Positions 25,066 through 39,063 of a stretch of DNA of 64,000 bases are shown here, one piece after another; positions within the stretch are counted from its first letter, which is position 1, and every line of letters begins with the position of its first letter. Made by a program: the position numbers and the translations under genes. This DNA is from Octopus sinensis (Eukaryota), in contig NC_042999.1 of NCBI RefSeq assembly GCF_006345805.1, forward strand, positions 118,606,001 through 118,670,000, given 5' to 3'. The notes under the pieces are model-generated. The model was not told where the DNA came from. It searched no databases and saw only the letters and a program-made list of their open reading frames with translations.

Positions 25066-26699
25066 AGTGTGAAAAAATGTTTCCAAAAGTCATGGGAGCT
25101 GTGCTGTTTTCTGACAGTGAAATATACCATGTCATATATATGGAGATTCTTGTGTCTCCCTCTGTGTTAATGCATATGTTTTGAGTGCATTTTCGTAATC
25201 TCTCATATGTTTATACCTTTGTAATTTGAGTATTTTTCTTTCATATTCAGTACAATTTTCATATTTAAATGATAGTTAATTTATCCTATTTTTTTTTAAC
25301 TGTGTGACTGTTACTGATTAAATGGCAGTACATTATCAATTTGAAAGTACTGCACCAACAAGATGCCAAAATCATTTTACACTAAATCTGTAAGTGACAA
25401 TATTTCAAATGATTTGTTGAGTCACAAGATTCTCAATATTCTAATAAATAAATCCACATTGCTTTGTCTCAACAAGAATTGAATAAACAATAGCAGTAGC
25501 TTTCTCATATAATATAGCATTTACTTTCATATATATTACAGCCTCCACAGTTATTATGTTTTGCTATTGGGGAAAAAATTACTGTGCTTGATTAAATTTG
25601 TCTGACAAGTTCTGCAACTACTTTATAACTATGCCATTAGAAGTTGGAAAGGAATGTAGTTATTAAAACAGTTGTTTCAATAAACAATTCCATCTAGGCT
25701 AATCTAGTAAAATATGGGTAAAACAGCAATAAAGATATCTAGCAGGATATAATTGTTTTCTAATTTCATTATTTGTTTCATTCTTTTAGCAGAAATCAAC
25801 TATAGTTGTTTATATCCATATCCCCCCACATGCAAACACACATACACAAAAGTTAAACATTTCAAGTCCACAAAAGCCCTGGCAACAGACAGAATATCGT
25901 AGTAACAAACTCACTTGAAAGCAATCATGATTCAGATTTTGTTTCTTGTACATATATATTGCATCTACACAATCTTACTCTAAGCCAACTTGCAGCAGAA
26001 TTGGAAATTAGAATAGTTATAAATAGCATTTACTTAGAGAGCAACTTGCAGCTGTGGACAGTGAAGGATTAATTCATTGACAGCAGGATATGCAGTTAGT
26101 ATAACTCTATATGGTTGACATAATGAATCCCATCAACAGCTGTGAACATGAAAGGTTAAGCTAAAGTTCAATATGAAAAACTGTAAAACAAAAATAAGTT
26201 TACGACTCCCTTGTTAAGAGTTAATGGTGTTGAGTTCATATTCTCAAAAATGGTGATGCTTTCATTTTATGTTTTTTTTTCGCCATTTTATGGAATTTTG
26301 CAGTAGCTTGTAATCTATTATAATACATGTCTCTAATGCAAACTAACAGCTGTATAGCCTGGCATTTAAAAATATCCTCCAATTATAAACTGATCGTGGT
26401 TCATGCCATCTTAACTTCAATTAGAAAAGTGTGAACTTATGTGTGAGAAAGAATATAAGCAAATATGTTAGACAGAAAGAAGATAAGCTTACAATGTAAG
26501 AGTGTGTAGAAAAAAGTGAAGCAAAGCTCACCACATGCAAGTCGGGAGATCAATAGTGAATATGGGAGTATATATAAATAGCAAAGGATTTAGATAAAAT
26601 TAATAAAGGAAAGGATGGGAAACAAGCAATGATGTTGCATGGGAAATATTTCAAGCAATGAAATCATTAGTTTAGCTGAAAGAGTAAGTACTACAGAGG

Positions 26700-26745
<46 letters not shown>

Positions 26746-27919
26746 TGGAGCAGTGGAAAGGAGAGAGAGAAAGAGAGAGGTTGGAGCAGTGGAAAGGAGA
26801 GAGAGAAAAAAGAAACCTTGCAATTTAACTGTACAAGAAACCCCAAACCCTGTTTAAATGAAAAAATTAGTAGAAATCCAGTAAAATGACAAATGTTGAA
26901 TGTGAAGAGGAAACTATAGCTAAATTAGTGTATCAATGTATGTAGTAACATGTTACAAAAAGGATGCAAATGATTTATGATAGAACAGAGAAAATACACT
27001 GGACAGATAGTTATAAATTTGGTCTCCAATTAGAAATGCATTTCACCATCAACCAGAAGTTATTATTGAAAAATGACATGGTAAGATGCTGATAGTTGTC
27101 TTACTGCAAACTTATTATACAGAGACATAGAGAGCAGTCATAATTGGGAAGGAAAATATATTACATCAAATGATAAATTCTCCGGTATCATGATTACAGA
27201 GTTAAAGCAAAACAGGACAGCAAGAGAATGAAAAATATCTTGATCTAGCAATACAGCTGGAAAATTCTTTGACACATATTTCTAATATTTTACATTTATA
27301 TCCCATGCTTTCATGTATAGTATTGTTTTTTATTGGAGCAATTATTTTTATTATATGGGTTCCATTCATTGACCACTGTCCCATGAATTAGGAAGTCTTT
27401 GTTTTTTGTCAGGCAGGTATACTGTAGCATGCAATTTAACTCCCAGAGCCAATGTTCTTCTTACATATAATGAAGCACAATGTGTGTCCTGTTGGTCATG
27501 GTGGTAGAGAGAAACTAAAACAACAAAACGGGTGGGAATGAGTGACAGTCAGAGATACTAAAAGCTGGAGAGTTGTAGTTGAGAAGTTATACTCTGAAGC
27601 TGTAGTACAAATTTTTATCATAAATAATATTTACTTTAAAAATTTAACACATATGCACATGTAGATATATATTTGTGAAATAAAATATTAGCCTCTTTTC
27701 TTGTCAAAATATCATTCATGTAACATTTATACGTATAGTCTTCCTTACATTTTTCTTCCTTTCATTTTAGTCCATTTTTCCATGCTTGCTTTTCCTGACA
27801 ATAACTCTCACGTCTTTTACAATAATAGATTCACACACACACACACACTTGTATGTGTCTGCGCATGCATCGATGTATATATAAATATGCATGTATATGT
27901 ATTTATGTATATACATGTA

Positions 27920-27952
<33 letters not shown>

Positions 27953-27953
<1 letters not shown>

Positions 27954-28533
27954 GTAATACTAAGCAATAAAGGGTTTAGCAACGAATTGCCTTACCACAT
28001 ACCGAATTTAGAAATAGCAGTCAAAGAGTTATAGCTATTTCTTCTACTAAAAAGGGAGATCTCAGTAAAAACAGCAATTGGAAGGCAGACACAAACAGGT
28101 AAGAGAGAATGAATTGACGGCAATCTATCATACATTTTTAAGTTATCTACGGACGTACGTTTCGAAATCAAGTTTTTAGGAAAGCATAAGAATTAAATAT
28201 TAAATATTAAATAATTCTATCTTACCGAAACTTCTTTTCTCTTCAGCTGAAGAGAAAAGAAGTTTCGGTAAGATAGAATTATTTAATATTTAATTCTTAT
28301 GCTTTCCTAAAAACTTGATTTCGAAACGTACGTCCGTAGATAACTTAAAAATGTATGATAGATTGCCGTCAATTCATTCTCTCTTACCTGTTTGTGTCTG
28401 CCTTCCAATTGCTGTTTTTACTGAGATCTCCCTTTTTAGTAGAAGAAATAGCTATAACTCTTTGACTGCTATTTCTAAATTCGGTATGTGGTAAGGCAAT
28501 TCGTTGCTAAACCCTTTATTGCTTAGTATTACT
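27953..28533. repeat. Near-perfect palindrome, zero spacer, centre AG|CT at 28246/28247
   Basis: Arms of 294 and 287 bp, identical on my read-through except a 7-bp TAAATAT duplication in the left arm. Confidence 0.97.
28247..28340 (+). ncRNA. Hammerhead ribozyme core with long stem II (mirror copy on minus strand from 28246 leftward)
   Basis: CUGAAGA (28247-53), extended stem II 28254-28322, GAAAC-GUAC-GUC (cleavage after 28334); 5' strand of stem I absent. Confidence 0.75.
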
Positions 28534-28922
28534 TAAATTTTCCTCGAATGAGGCTTTTACATGCCGAAGACTACTTGGTGTAATTGATAATTATTCCAAA
28601 TTAATTAATTTCACCCTTCATTATTACGGATAACTATATATATATATATATATTCTTTTTAACTCTTTTACTTGTTTCAGTCATTTTGACTGTGACCATG
28701 CTGGAGCACCACTTTTTAGTTGAAGAAATTGACCCCTGGACTTATTCTTTGTTAGCCCTGTACTTATTCTATCAGTCCCTTTTGCTGCACTGGTAAGTTA
28801 CAGGGATGTAAGCACACCAACATTGGTTGTCAAGCAATAGTGGAGGGGCAAAGATAGACACAAACACACAGATATATCAGATACATACATACATTCATAC
28901 ATATATATACATACATACATAT

Positions 28923-28973
<51 letters not shown>

Positions 28974-29169
28974 CGGCAGGCTTCTTTCAGTCTCCATCTA
29001 CCAAACCCACTCACAAGGATTTGGTTGGCCTGAGGCTATAATAGAAGACATTGCCCAAGATTCCACACAGTGGAACTGAACCTGGGACCATGTGGTTGGG
29101 AAGTAAGCTTCTTAACACTCAGCAATGTCTGTTATCCATGCTGGCATTGGTTGGACGATTTGACCAGAG

Positions 29170-29830
29170 CTGTTTCCAGACCAGCAAAGAAATGAAATTT
29201 CCTGTATTTGCAGTGTCCAGTTACATCATGTCGGTCCTGGATTGTGATTGGCACAACTAACCAAAAATATAGTCAGGAACTTTACTGAGGATTGTTTTGT
29301 AAAGCTCTGCTCTTGTGATTCTCTTCACAGAAGGTTGGAAATGATGTTCCCATTGCTGTTGTTGCTTCTTCTTACAAACAGCTTCCAAATTTATTTCTCG
29401 TCACAAAAGTGGCATTTGACTTCTTTGTAGGGACAGTCCGTCACTTTATGAGCTTTTCCACATCTATAACACTTCAACTCAGAGTCTGTGGAATTAGACT
29501 GCTGAGTGATATTTTCGTTGACTCTTGTTCTGACTCTGCTTGACTTTATTGACAGGCCTGGTCTTTGAATGGCAAACAGTTTCCTTGGCAACCTTTGCTG
29601 CAACTTCAGTCTCAATCGTGTGTCCTTGAGCTTGAAAAGAGCCTTCAAGACAGCTTCATTATTGACAGAACATGTGAATCTTTGTCTAAGAGATTCAGCT
29701 TGGAGGTCTGAAATCAAAGGAAAGTCACAGGTAGCAGTGTCTTGATGTATACATGCTGCCAGCTCCTGGAGAGTTTCGCCTGGCTTCTGTTGCTTGTCAC
29801 TCCAGAACTTGAAGCATTATTGCACAATGA
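29170..29830 (-). mobile_element. Ty3/Gypsy gag-protease remnant
   Basis: FKFWSDKQQKPGETLQELAA...CDF...RQRFTCSVNNEAVLKALFK; CYRCGKAH...CPYKEVKCHFC zinc knuckles; LDTANTGNFIS protease-like motif. Confidence 0.85.
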
Positions 29831-29949
29831 AACAAGCATTTCTAATCCCTAATCCTTTCCAATTACTGTAATGTGGCAGAATAGATAAAGTTAATACAAA
29901 ATTTACAGAAGTATAGAAGGAAGATGTGAACTGATGCAGTTACAACTAT

Positions 29950-30480
29950 ATTTAAAGATAGCAACCAACTAATTATGAGATACTTGAACATGTAAGAAAG
30001 CATGAAAATACCAAGAAACTAAATTCATTAGCAGAAGAAAAGAAATATGTAAAGGAATTAAAGATCACTAAAACTGGGTGCAACTAGATGAAACACAATG
30101 CTATGTGAAAGCAAATCAAATAAAAAGGGAAGCCAAATCCAATGGAATCTTAGAGCTGTGTAATAAATGAAAAAATAAAGTATTCCATAGGAAATACCCT
30201 ACAAAAGTCAGCAATCTTGATATTGATAGAAATATGGCACATTGATGGTTGTCTGCAACTGAACTTAAATCAGATACAGAAAGCTTCATTATAGCTGCTC
30301 AGGGTCAGTACACACTCGCTGGAGATTAGCTAGCTAAGATTCTTAAATGTACTACTGATCATTCATGAACCTTTTGTGCTTCACTCTGGGACACAATTTA
30401 CCATCTCATCTCTGGTTGCTGTGTGTTCACCTCAAGTGAGTAAGCTAAACGTGTTGATAAGCTGGGTCATACTAATTCTG
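29950..30480 (+). mobile_element. R4/Dong-type LINE fragment
   Basis: WLSATELKSDTESFIIAAQGQ...DTIYHLISGC. Confidence 0.75.
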
Positions 30481-33400
30481 GTTAATGACAACTCACAATT
30501 CCTTGATTCACAAGATTGATTAAAACAAATGTGATAAAAATCATAAAATATAACTTTAATTTCACCTTGTTGTTTATGCTAGCTATCTTAGGCTTTGCTA
30601 TCATATTAAATGCTTGTAAGAGAAAACAAACATATCTTGTATTGTCAGTTAATTAAGCTCTAATTGATATAATATGGAAACGTCAATTTATATAGTTTTC
30701 TCTCTTCCACCACACCAAGGTTTAGGTTTTATATTTAAAACGTTTTTTTTTCCCTCTGGCTATTATTCAAAGTTATAAATTTCACTGTTAATGCCAAAAC
30801 AAACTAGTCTTATCAGCAAACAATGATTGAAGTAAATTCTATTGGTTTGCTACTTTCATTCTTTCATATATTTCACAGACAGATAATCTTTATAATTTGC
30901 TGAGTCAAACAATGAAATATGACATTTCTAAACTTAACAAAACATATGATTTCCATTGTCATCTTGGTTGTTTTTACTCTCCATTCAAATCAGCAACACT
31001 AAGTCACAGAAGTTGAATACTGTCTCAGTATCAAAGAAAATGCAAGGAAAATTTCTTCTGCTAAAAATTTATCTACACATTCACTTTTTCTCTTTGCCAG
31101 TTACATATATCATCCTGGGTTTCTTATGCTTTACCAAAGACAAACAATGAGATGACAAAATAAAATATTGACCATAATTCTGAACCAGTCAGATTGATAC
31201 TATATCCTGTGGCTTGGACTGGTCATTGGGTCATGCCTTAACATTTGATCTACAACATCTTTGTCAGCAATCTGATCAATCAATGCTGACAAGGTTATCT
31301 AAAGCAAGGCAACACAAAACAAGAAATATCTTGGGGTCATGAAGTCATAAAAGTAATACAAACCATTATATCCTGTAGTGGCATAATTTTGTTTGTCCTT
31401 TACATTGTATTACAGCAAATCACTGCAATTTATTTGTGAATATCAATGCAATATTTTCTAATATCAAATATATTAATTTATTATTTTGTGCAATAAATGC
31501 CATTCATTAATTTGATATCAGTTTTCCATGGTGTGTAAAACCTGCATCAGTTTAATACAAAGAATATCATAAATTCTTCTAATCTTTTACTATTATTACT
31601 TGTTAGACTGTGGCCATGCTGGGCACCACCTACAAAGACTTACTTAGTTATATTTTATGCTTCTGCTTCAGTCTGCTAATTATTTTTTTATCATTGTTTG
31701 TTGAATTGTTAAGGTACAAGACAAAGAGTGGCAACAAAAATGACACAAATTTTTAGACTGGTATAAATACAAACACACACATACACACTCATACACACAC
31801 ACACATGCTCACACATAATGGGCTTCCATAGGTTTCCTGTCAACTGATCATTTTCTGACTAAAACAATACACATAACATTTTGCATGACTTTACATGCCA
31901 GGATGCCAAGATGTATTGACTTCAATATTATTGCAGTCCCGGCATAGTGGTTATTAAATAGAGTATCATTCTTCTCTTCTCAAATATGTGTATAATTACT
32001 CGAGTTAAAGGCATAATGTACTAAATATCATACTTAAAATTTACTAAATGTAATTTTTATTTGTCTTCTAGAGAAAGAAACACAAAACCAATAAGCAACT
32101 CACACCAAAAAGATAATTTCAAGTAATAGAGATTTAATTCCACAAGTTAATTCAAATGTTTAGGGAAAGGGCAGCTTGATTTTTGTTTACATGCAAGGGG
32201 GGCAAATATGGACATGTTTTGGTCTATTATAACTCATCAGCTGAGTATAGTCGAACTATATAAAAAGGAGTTATCAATAATTTTAGGATAGATGGCTTAA
32301 TGGCATGAATTTAGATTACTAATTTGAAGGGTGATATACTGAATGTCACTTATCCCTTATAGAACCAAGCCATGGCTCATAGAACCTATAGGGAATCTTA
32401 TTACCTAACTAAAAAGGGATAGTAATATGCTGAGTTAGTGTATCTCTCCAAACTTTTTTAGTATTAATATATTCATGTAGATGTCGTAGAATTAAATATA
32501 AGAAAATCAATACATATATTTCTGATTTATTTCTAATAGATCAAAACATTATGCTTTATTTTTTTATTCTTAATGTTCACTTCTTATTAAATTAATGTAA
32601 AACTTCTTGAAAATCTAGATATATTTATTACTTCTATTAGATATTTTACTAGTATTAAGTAGATATTTCTAGATACTCTTCAAAAAAAGAAGCATGTGAT
32701 GTGCTAAAGCTAAGATACATGTTATTGAAATCCTTACATTTGGGTCAGTTACCCAGTCCTTAACTACTTAACTGTCAAGACATTTCTAAAATGATTGATA
32801 AAAAGAGAATGTCTTTTCCAGTAATGTATTCCCTTGGTAAGAAACAAAATGTTATACAATTTCTCTTAAAGCTCCTATTCCAGAGAATTTTTATGTTTAT
32901 GGTGTTCTCTGATTTGTTAATAAGAGGCTTTGGAAGTTGACTGTTTGCTTAGATTGGCATCTAAACTAACAATTTGTTCCTATCTGCTAAAAGGCGAATA
33001 AATGTTCTGGCAACATACACTTCATAGGATGAAGTAGGATAAAGACATTAATGTACTGTTGAGAATTCTGTCTGTTTAGAAATCCTGAAGGGTTGCTAGG
33101 CTAGAGCATCGGTCAATAAACAGAGCAAATAATTCTTTATTTGTAAATATGCAGCCCCTAGCAAATGCTTTGTAACATGTGCATAAATTATAGCAACATA
33201 CACATGTATTCACAAACTCCAGTATTATTTAAGAATATCTTTGTTAAATATTGTATATTAAAGTACTTTTGTCTATTAAATAATCTGTTTGCTAAACAAC
33301 ATACATTCAGGAATATAGTATCTAGATGTATAAAAGTTTGCTTTACATTGAAAATTGTTGTGACTTTATATGAACAACTCACCAAGCTATTTTTCTACTA

Positions 33401-36400
33401 AAAATCCTTAAAATAAATGTGTGAATATTTGAATAATTGATGGCAAATTAAACTTTAGTTTCATAAGTTAAATTCTACTATATCAGCTGAGTAGAAAGAT
33501 TTTACAAAATATGGGAAATAATTATCATTTAAGATTGAAATCATTTTCTACTCTGTGAAAATATAAAATTTTGTTTCATACACCACGAACACAGAAATGC
33601 AAAGCACACTCATCGATGCTCACATATGCACACATATGTAACACCCACTGCACACATAAACTCACATACAAAATATATGCAAACACACACACTTATTCTT
33701 CTATAGAAAGTGAGAATAATTACTAGTTCTTTGCATTTTGCAACTTTCTGATGGAACTGGAGACAATCTACTTTTCAGAGGTTCTTTATATCTAAATTCA
33801 TCTGAAGATAATGATATATAAGACATGACTCTTGGATATGGATCTGTAATAATTAGCATACTCAAGTATTAAAAAACAAAATAAATAGAATAATAGGTAT
33901 TTCACTTTATATGCAATGAGTACACTAATTTTGTTCATAACTCATACAACTTAACACACAAACACACACACAGACACATTTATGTAAGAAATCAAAATGA
34001 CAAGAGAATAAGAAATTATGCCATGAACATCATAAGCTTACAGTTGTTTCCACTATGAGACATAATGCACTCATGGTTGAATGCTTGTGTATCACCTGAT
34101 AGCTAGGAGGAGGACTCTGCAGGGATGACTACCAGCTCACTATGGAAGGTTATAATGCATTTCAAATGGAACATTTCTGTAAAAGTATTCAAAGATTATT
34201 TAAGAACTATAATTTCTCACACACTTTCAAACCCAATGCCAAAATTCTTAACTTCTTAGATCTAACAGATATTATCTACTGTCTCTAATGATCATCTAAA
34301 ACTATTTCCAATGTGCTCTTAGAATCTACTGCTCCAACACATCTTCTACAAGTTCTCTTTTCTCTGTTAACCTTCCTGTGATACTGCTATTTATGATAGT
34401 TCTACAGAGCAAATTGTTATAACTGTATGACAGAAAATATAATATTGAAACTAAAAGTATCAATATAACATACTATGAGCCAATGAGAGTCATTACATCA
34501 TCACTATACCGGCTAGAAATAGCAGCAAGTCTCCCTCAAATCACGGCTTACCATGTTAAGAAATGGAAGTACATATTATATAATGTTGTCTTAGAAATAC
34601 CAAACCTGAATAAAAGATAAGGTGGCCATAGCTAGTCCACTTTTCATCATAGGCTGACTATGGCCTGAGCAATAATGAAAGCAACAAGGTATGCAAGTTT
34701 CAAAATTAGATACAGAGTTGCATTTCTTGGACTGGCAAAGGAGATACTGCTTAAGAAGAATATAAACAGTGTGCATATATAGTGCAAATGTAATGAAAGT
34801 GTATTTGGGCATAAGATGTAGTGTGCAAGAGAGAAGACTGGTATGATCATTTCATTCTAATGATGCCAAACCAAAGAAAGAGCTAGTGTTAGAAATAACA
34901 GCCAAATCTTCCTAAATGCAATATGCTTGACAAAAAAAGAAAAGAAAAGAGGAAGAAGAAAAGAAGATTGGATGGTTATATTTTGGAATACCTTTAGCTA
35001 TTTGTCTTCTCAGCCATTGCCAACTTCCACTGGCATGTAAAAAGCACCCACTACACTCACGGAGTGATTGGTGTTAAGAAGGGCATCCAGCTGTAAAAAC
35101 ACTGCTAGATCAGACTTGAACCTGGTGCAGCCTCCTGGCTTCCCAGACCCTGGTCAAACTGCCCAATGATGATGAAAAGGAGCTAACTCAAGAATGCTTT
35201 ATGAATATCGTTCTAGGGATTTAAGTATACTGATGATTGAGGATTTATTTAAAACGTAATAATTAGGCATAATTACTAAAAAGATATACATTAATATCTG
35301 GTGCAGAACACTTTGGGCATGTGTCTTCTACTATAGACTTAGGCTGACCAAAGCCTTGTGAGTAGATTTGGTAGATGGAAACAGAAAGATGTCTGTCATA
35401 TATGCATGTATATTTATGTGTGTGTCTCTTAGTGTTTGTCACCTACCATCACTTGACAACCAGTGTTTGTATGTTTACATCCGTGTAACTTAGTGGTTCA
35501 ACAAAACTGGTTGATAGAATAAGGCTTAAAAAAGGATAAATACTGGAGGTGATTCATTCGACTAAAATTCTTCAAGGTGGTGTCCCAGCATGACTGAAGC
35601 AAGTAAAGGATAAATAATATCCTTTAATGAATTTCTTTGAACTGCAAAGATTATCTCACAACCATAATTATTGAGGGTTTTCAAATTGGTAGTTTTTAAT
35701 TAAATAGTTTGTCATTCAATGTGACAGCAACCTTCTACAAATCTATTGTTTATAAATTAGTATAAGGCAAATAAAGGTAATTAAATCATAGCAAGATTCA
35801 ATCATTTAACTGTAACCAATCAAGCTAATTATCAATTAAAATGTGTGATCAGGAATACTTCAAATTTTTAATAAGTCAAAAGATTGACACAATTCAGAAC
35901 AGTGTCTGCAATATTATGTTAACTTGAAACCCCTTAGCTAATTATTTAAGTAGTCATTCACTGCATTGAATAATCTTGGATGAAAATTCAGGCTAAGATA
36001 TCAGACACAAATTAGTGAATAATCTTGAATGAAAATTCAGGCCGGAGCATCAGACAAACATTAAGTACAAAAAAATATTGTTCTTTTTTCATTGATATGG
36101 TGTAATACTACTGACTGAATATTTGACCATATTCTAAAACAGTGTGTTCAAAAACAAAACAACAGATTATAAAGTGGGAGCAGTTTATATGAAGAACATT
36201 ATGATTATTAATTAGTCTCTCTCGATCAACACTTCCATACACATATTCTAATTCATACACCCCAGTACTTTATCACATTTAGAAACTCTCCTTGCTCATC
36301 TTTTCCCCCATATGACATCCCCTTATAACAGTTTAAGCTGAACATAAACTTCATATACTTCACTATTTTATGAGGTGTTGCAAATACTATGGCTACTTTC

Positions 36401-37829
36401 CAGCCTCCTTGAATTAAATATTGAAACAGAATAGCTGGTGGAGATTGGTATAATAAAAATTTTAACTTGCTGTTAGCTTGTAAAATAAATCTTATGTGAA
36501 TTATTTGTAAGAGGTTATAAAATAAGTTGGATAAATGAGAAGCCAGTCTCACTGTGATAGCTGCCATATTATCAAGTTGTTAAGAAGAGTAGATATAAAG
36601 AAAAAGGATATAGTGTAGAGTTTATAACTTTTGAACAGTCCTAATATTTAGAATTCATTTCACCAAAGGATCTCCTGGTAAAAAGAGCAATACAGTATCA
36701 AGTGGGTGAATATAACAAATACCAAAGTGTTTGGAAATATTTTTTAGTGTATAAGAAAGAAGTTTGAATGAGAAGAGAATGTGACAAGGGGGTTGTAGAA
36801 ATGAAAGAAAAAGACAATGGAAACAGGGGAAACAAAAATGATAAATCTCAAGATATTTCATTTTCTTTCAATTGATGAAGGAAAAACTATTATAGAAATA
36901 AACACATACATAGTACATAATATACAATATGATTAATTCATATTCTCTCACATCAGAACCTTGCCACAATCTTTGATCCCAAGCCAAACACATTGCTATA
37001 CTTGGCTCAAACTGTGTTGTTCAAAGCTTACTATTATTTTTTCCTTAACAGTTTGTGGTTAGTGTTGTAATAAAAAAAAGATGTATAAGGTTATAAAACT
37101 CCTTCACTATAGTTCCTACACAGAGGCAAGATTGCAAAACTATTTGCTTTCCTTCATATTTCTAATTTTAGATGCAGAGTATTCTCTCATTTCTGTCATG
37201 ATGTTATCTCATACCAGAGTAGTACTATCATATTGATATTTGTTTCTGAGATATATTGAGACACACGTCTCTCATAGAATTATAAACATTATAAAATAAT
37301 ATCATTGTAAGTTGGAAGATATGAATGTAAACTATAAAAAAGTATTTGGGTTTATCACAGTTGAACTCAATGTTGTTGAGCACTTTGTGTTATCAAAATA
37401 TGTAAGTTTAGAGAAAGAACATATGATTTAACTATCAATTTCTTATACTTCTTTTCAAAGCTCATTTGATGTTGGGTTTCACATATGAAAAGACAAAATA
37501 AACTAATAATCACAGCAAAATACTCCTGGGTACTAGAGTGTTAAACGTCCCAGTGAACTAAAATCATAACTGTTTCAACCCTTTCATCCAGGAAGATAGT
37601 AGCATTATGATAAAAATGAACATCACTTTTTCTCTTTGAATTTATGAGTTTGTGTCTAAATCAGGAATCAACAACTCACTAAAAAAAAAAAAACTTAACC
37701 AGCAATATTTAAATAAAGACATTTTGTATGTTTTTTTTTACCTTTAGGCATGGCTGTGTGGTAAGAACCGTGCTTCCTAGCTACATGGTTCTGGGTTCAG
37801 CCCCAGTGTGTGGTATCATAGGCAAAATA

Positions 37830-39063
37830 TTAGATTAGTGCTGCAACATGGATTAACAACCACTATCTTGGCCTCTTCCCCTCAGCCGGGGCTACCGGAT
37901 GAACAGAAAGAGCAATTTTATGACTCCCTCTTGCAGACTACCATGTCAATGAGTGACAGGAGCCTTTTCTTTGTGGCTGAAGACTTCAATGGGTATGTTG
38001 GACAACATACAGGGAGCTTCCATGGTATACATGGTGACTATGGTCTTGGTTCCCACAATGAGGAGGGAACCAAGCTGCTGGAGTTCTGTGATGCAAATGA
38101 TTTGATGGCTTGTAATACTGACTTCAGGAAACCTGCCAGTCACCTATTCACCTACCGATCTGGTTGGCACACTAGTCAAATTGATTACATCCTCACCAAG
38201 AAACAGGAAAGATGGCTACTTATGAATGCCAAAACCTTCCTAGGTGAAGAATGCACCCCTCAACATTGGTTAGTAGTTAGTGATTTCAGGATCAGGGCTA
38301 AATGGATGCCCAGAAAGACCACCAGTATAGAGAAGATGGGTCTGGAAGAAGGGTCTAGCCAAAGATAAACCTCTGTACCTGGCTTTCATACCCTAACATT
38401 GGAGGAAACCTGTGGAAGAGGTAGATCCAGAAAGATCTGGGATGAGGTGGGGAATCACGACCTTCGAATGTTAGGCCTCACAGAGGCAATGACAAGTGTC
38501 TGAGGCCTTTGGAGAAGTGCTGCGCTTGAGAAGACCCAGCAAGCCAAGTGAGATCATAACCATGGCCTATCCCAGTGTAGCATAACTGACCCATTTAAGA
38601 GTTCCCTTCAACCATTGGGCAATAAACTGCGCTTGTGAAGACCTGTTGAGTTAAGTGAAGTCATTGTCATGGCTGATGACAGTACCATCTGATTGGCCAG
38701 TGGCATGTAAAATGCATCATTTGAGTGTGGTCGATGCCAGTGTTGCCTGACTGGTCCTGTGCTGGTGGCACATACAAAGCACCATTCGAGCATGGTCATT
38801 GCCAGTAGCACTTGACTAACTCCCGTGCCAGTGACACATAAAAAGCACCATTCGAGCATGGTTGGTGCCAGTGCCAGCTCATGCTAGTGGCACATAAAAA
38901 GCACCCACTACACTCTTGGAGTGGTTGGCATTATGAAGGGCATCCAGCTGTAGAAACTTTGCCAGATCAGACTGGAGCCTGGTGCAGCCTTCTGGCTTGC
39001 CAGCCCTCAATCAAACCGTCCAACCCATGCCAGCATGGAAAGTGGACGTTAAACGATGATGAT
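37830..39063 (+). mobile_element. Internally deleted RTE-clade LINE: AP endonuclease joined to ORF C-terminus and tandem-repeat 3' tail
   Basis: EDFNGYVG...HNEEGTKLLEFC...NTDFRK...FTYRSG...SQIDYIL...QHWLVVSD; then PRKIWDEV...LGLTEAMT; ~70-bp tandem units and (GAT)n tail. Confidence 0.9.

Noticed and set aside
26691-26810. 36-bp duplication (GGTTGGAGCAGTGGAAAGG) in a GA tract
   Set aside because: Ordinary slippage within a microsatellite.
28543-28580. Second HHR-like motif (CGAAUGA-GGC..GCC-GAAG)
   Set aside because: Several core positions are wrong and there is no stem III or cleavage triplet.
32072-32122. AG/GT-bounded candidate exon
   Set aside because: Stop codon in phase 0; the neighbouring exons already join in frame without it.
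38690-38900. CRISPR-like repeat array
   Set aside because: Tandem units in a retroelement tail without unique spacers; eukaryotic context and no cas genes.
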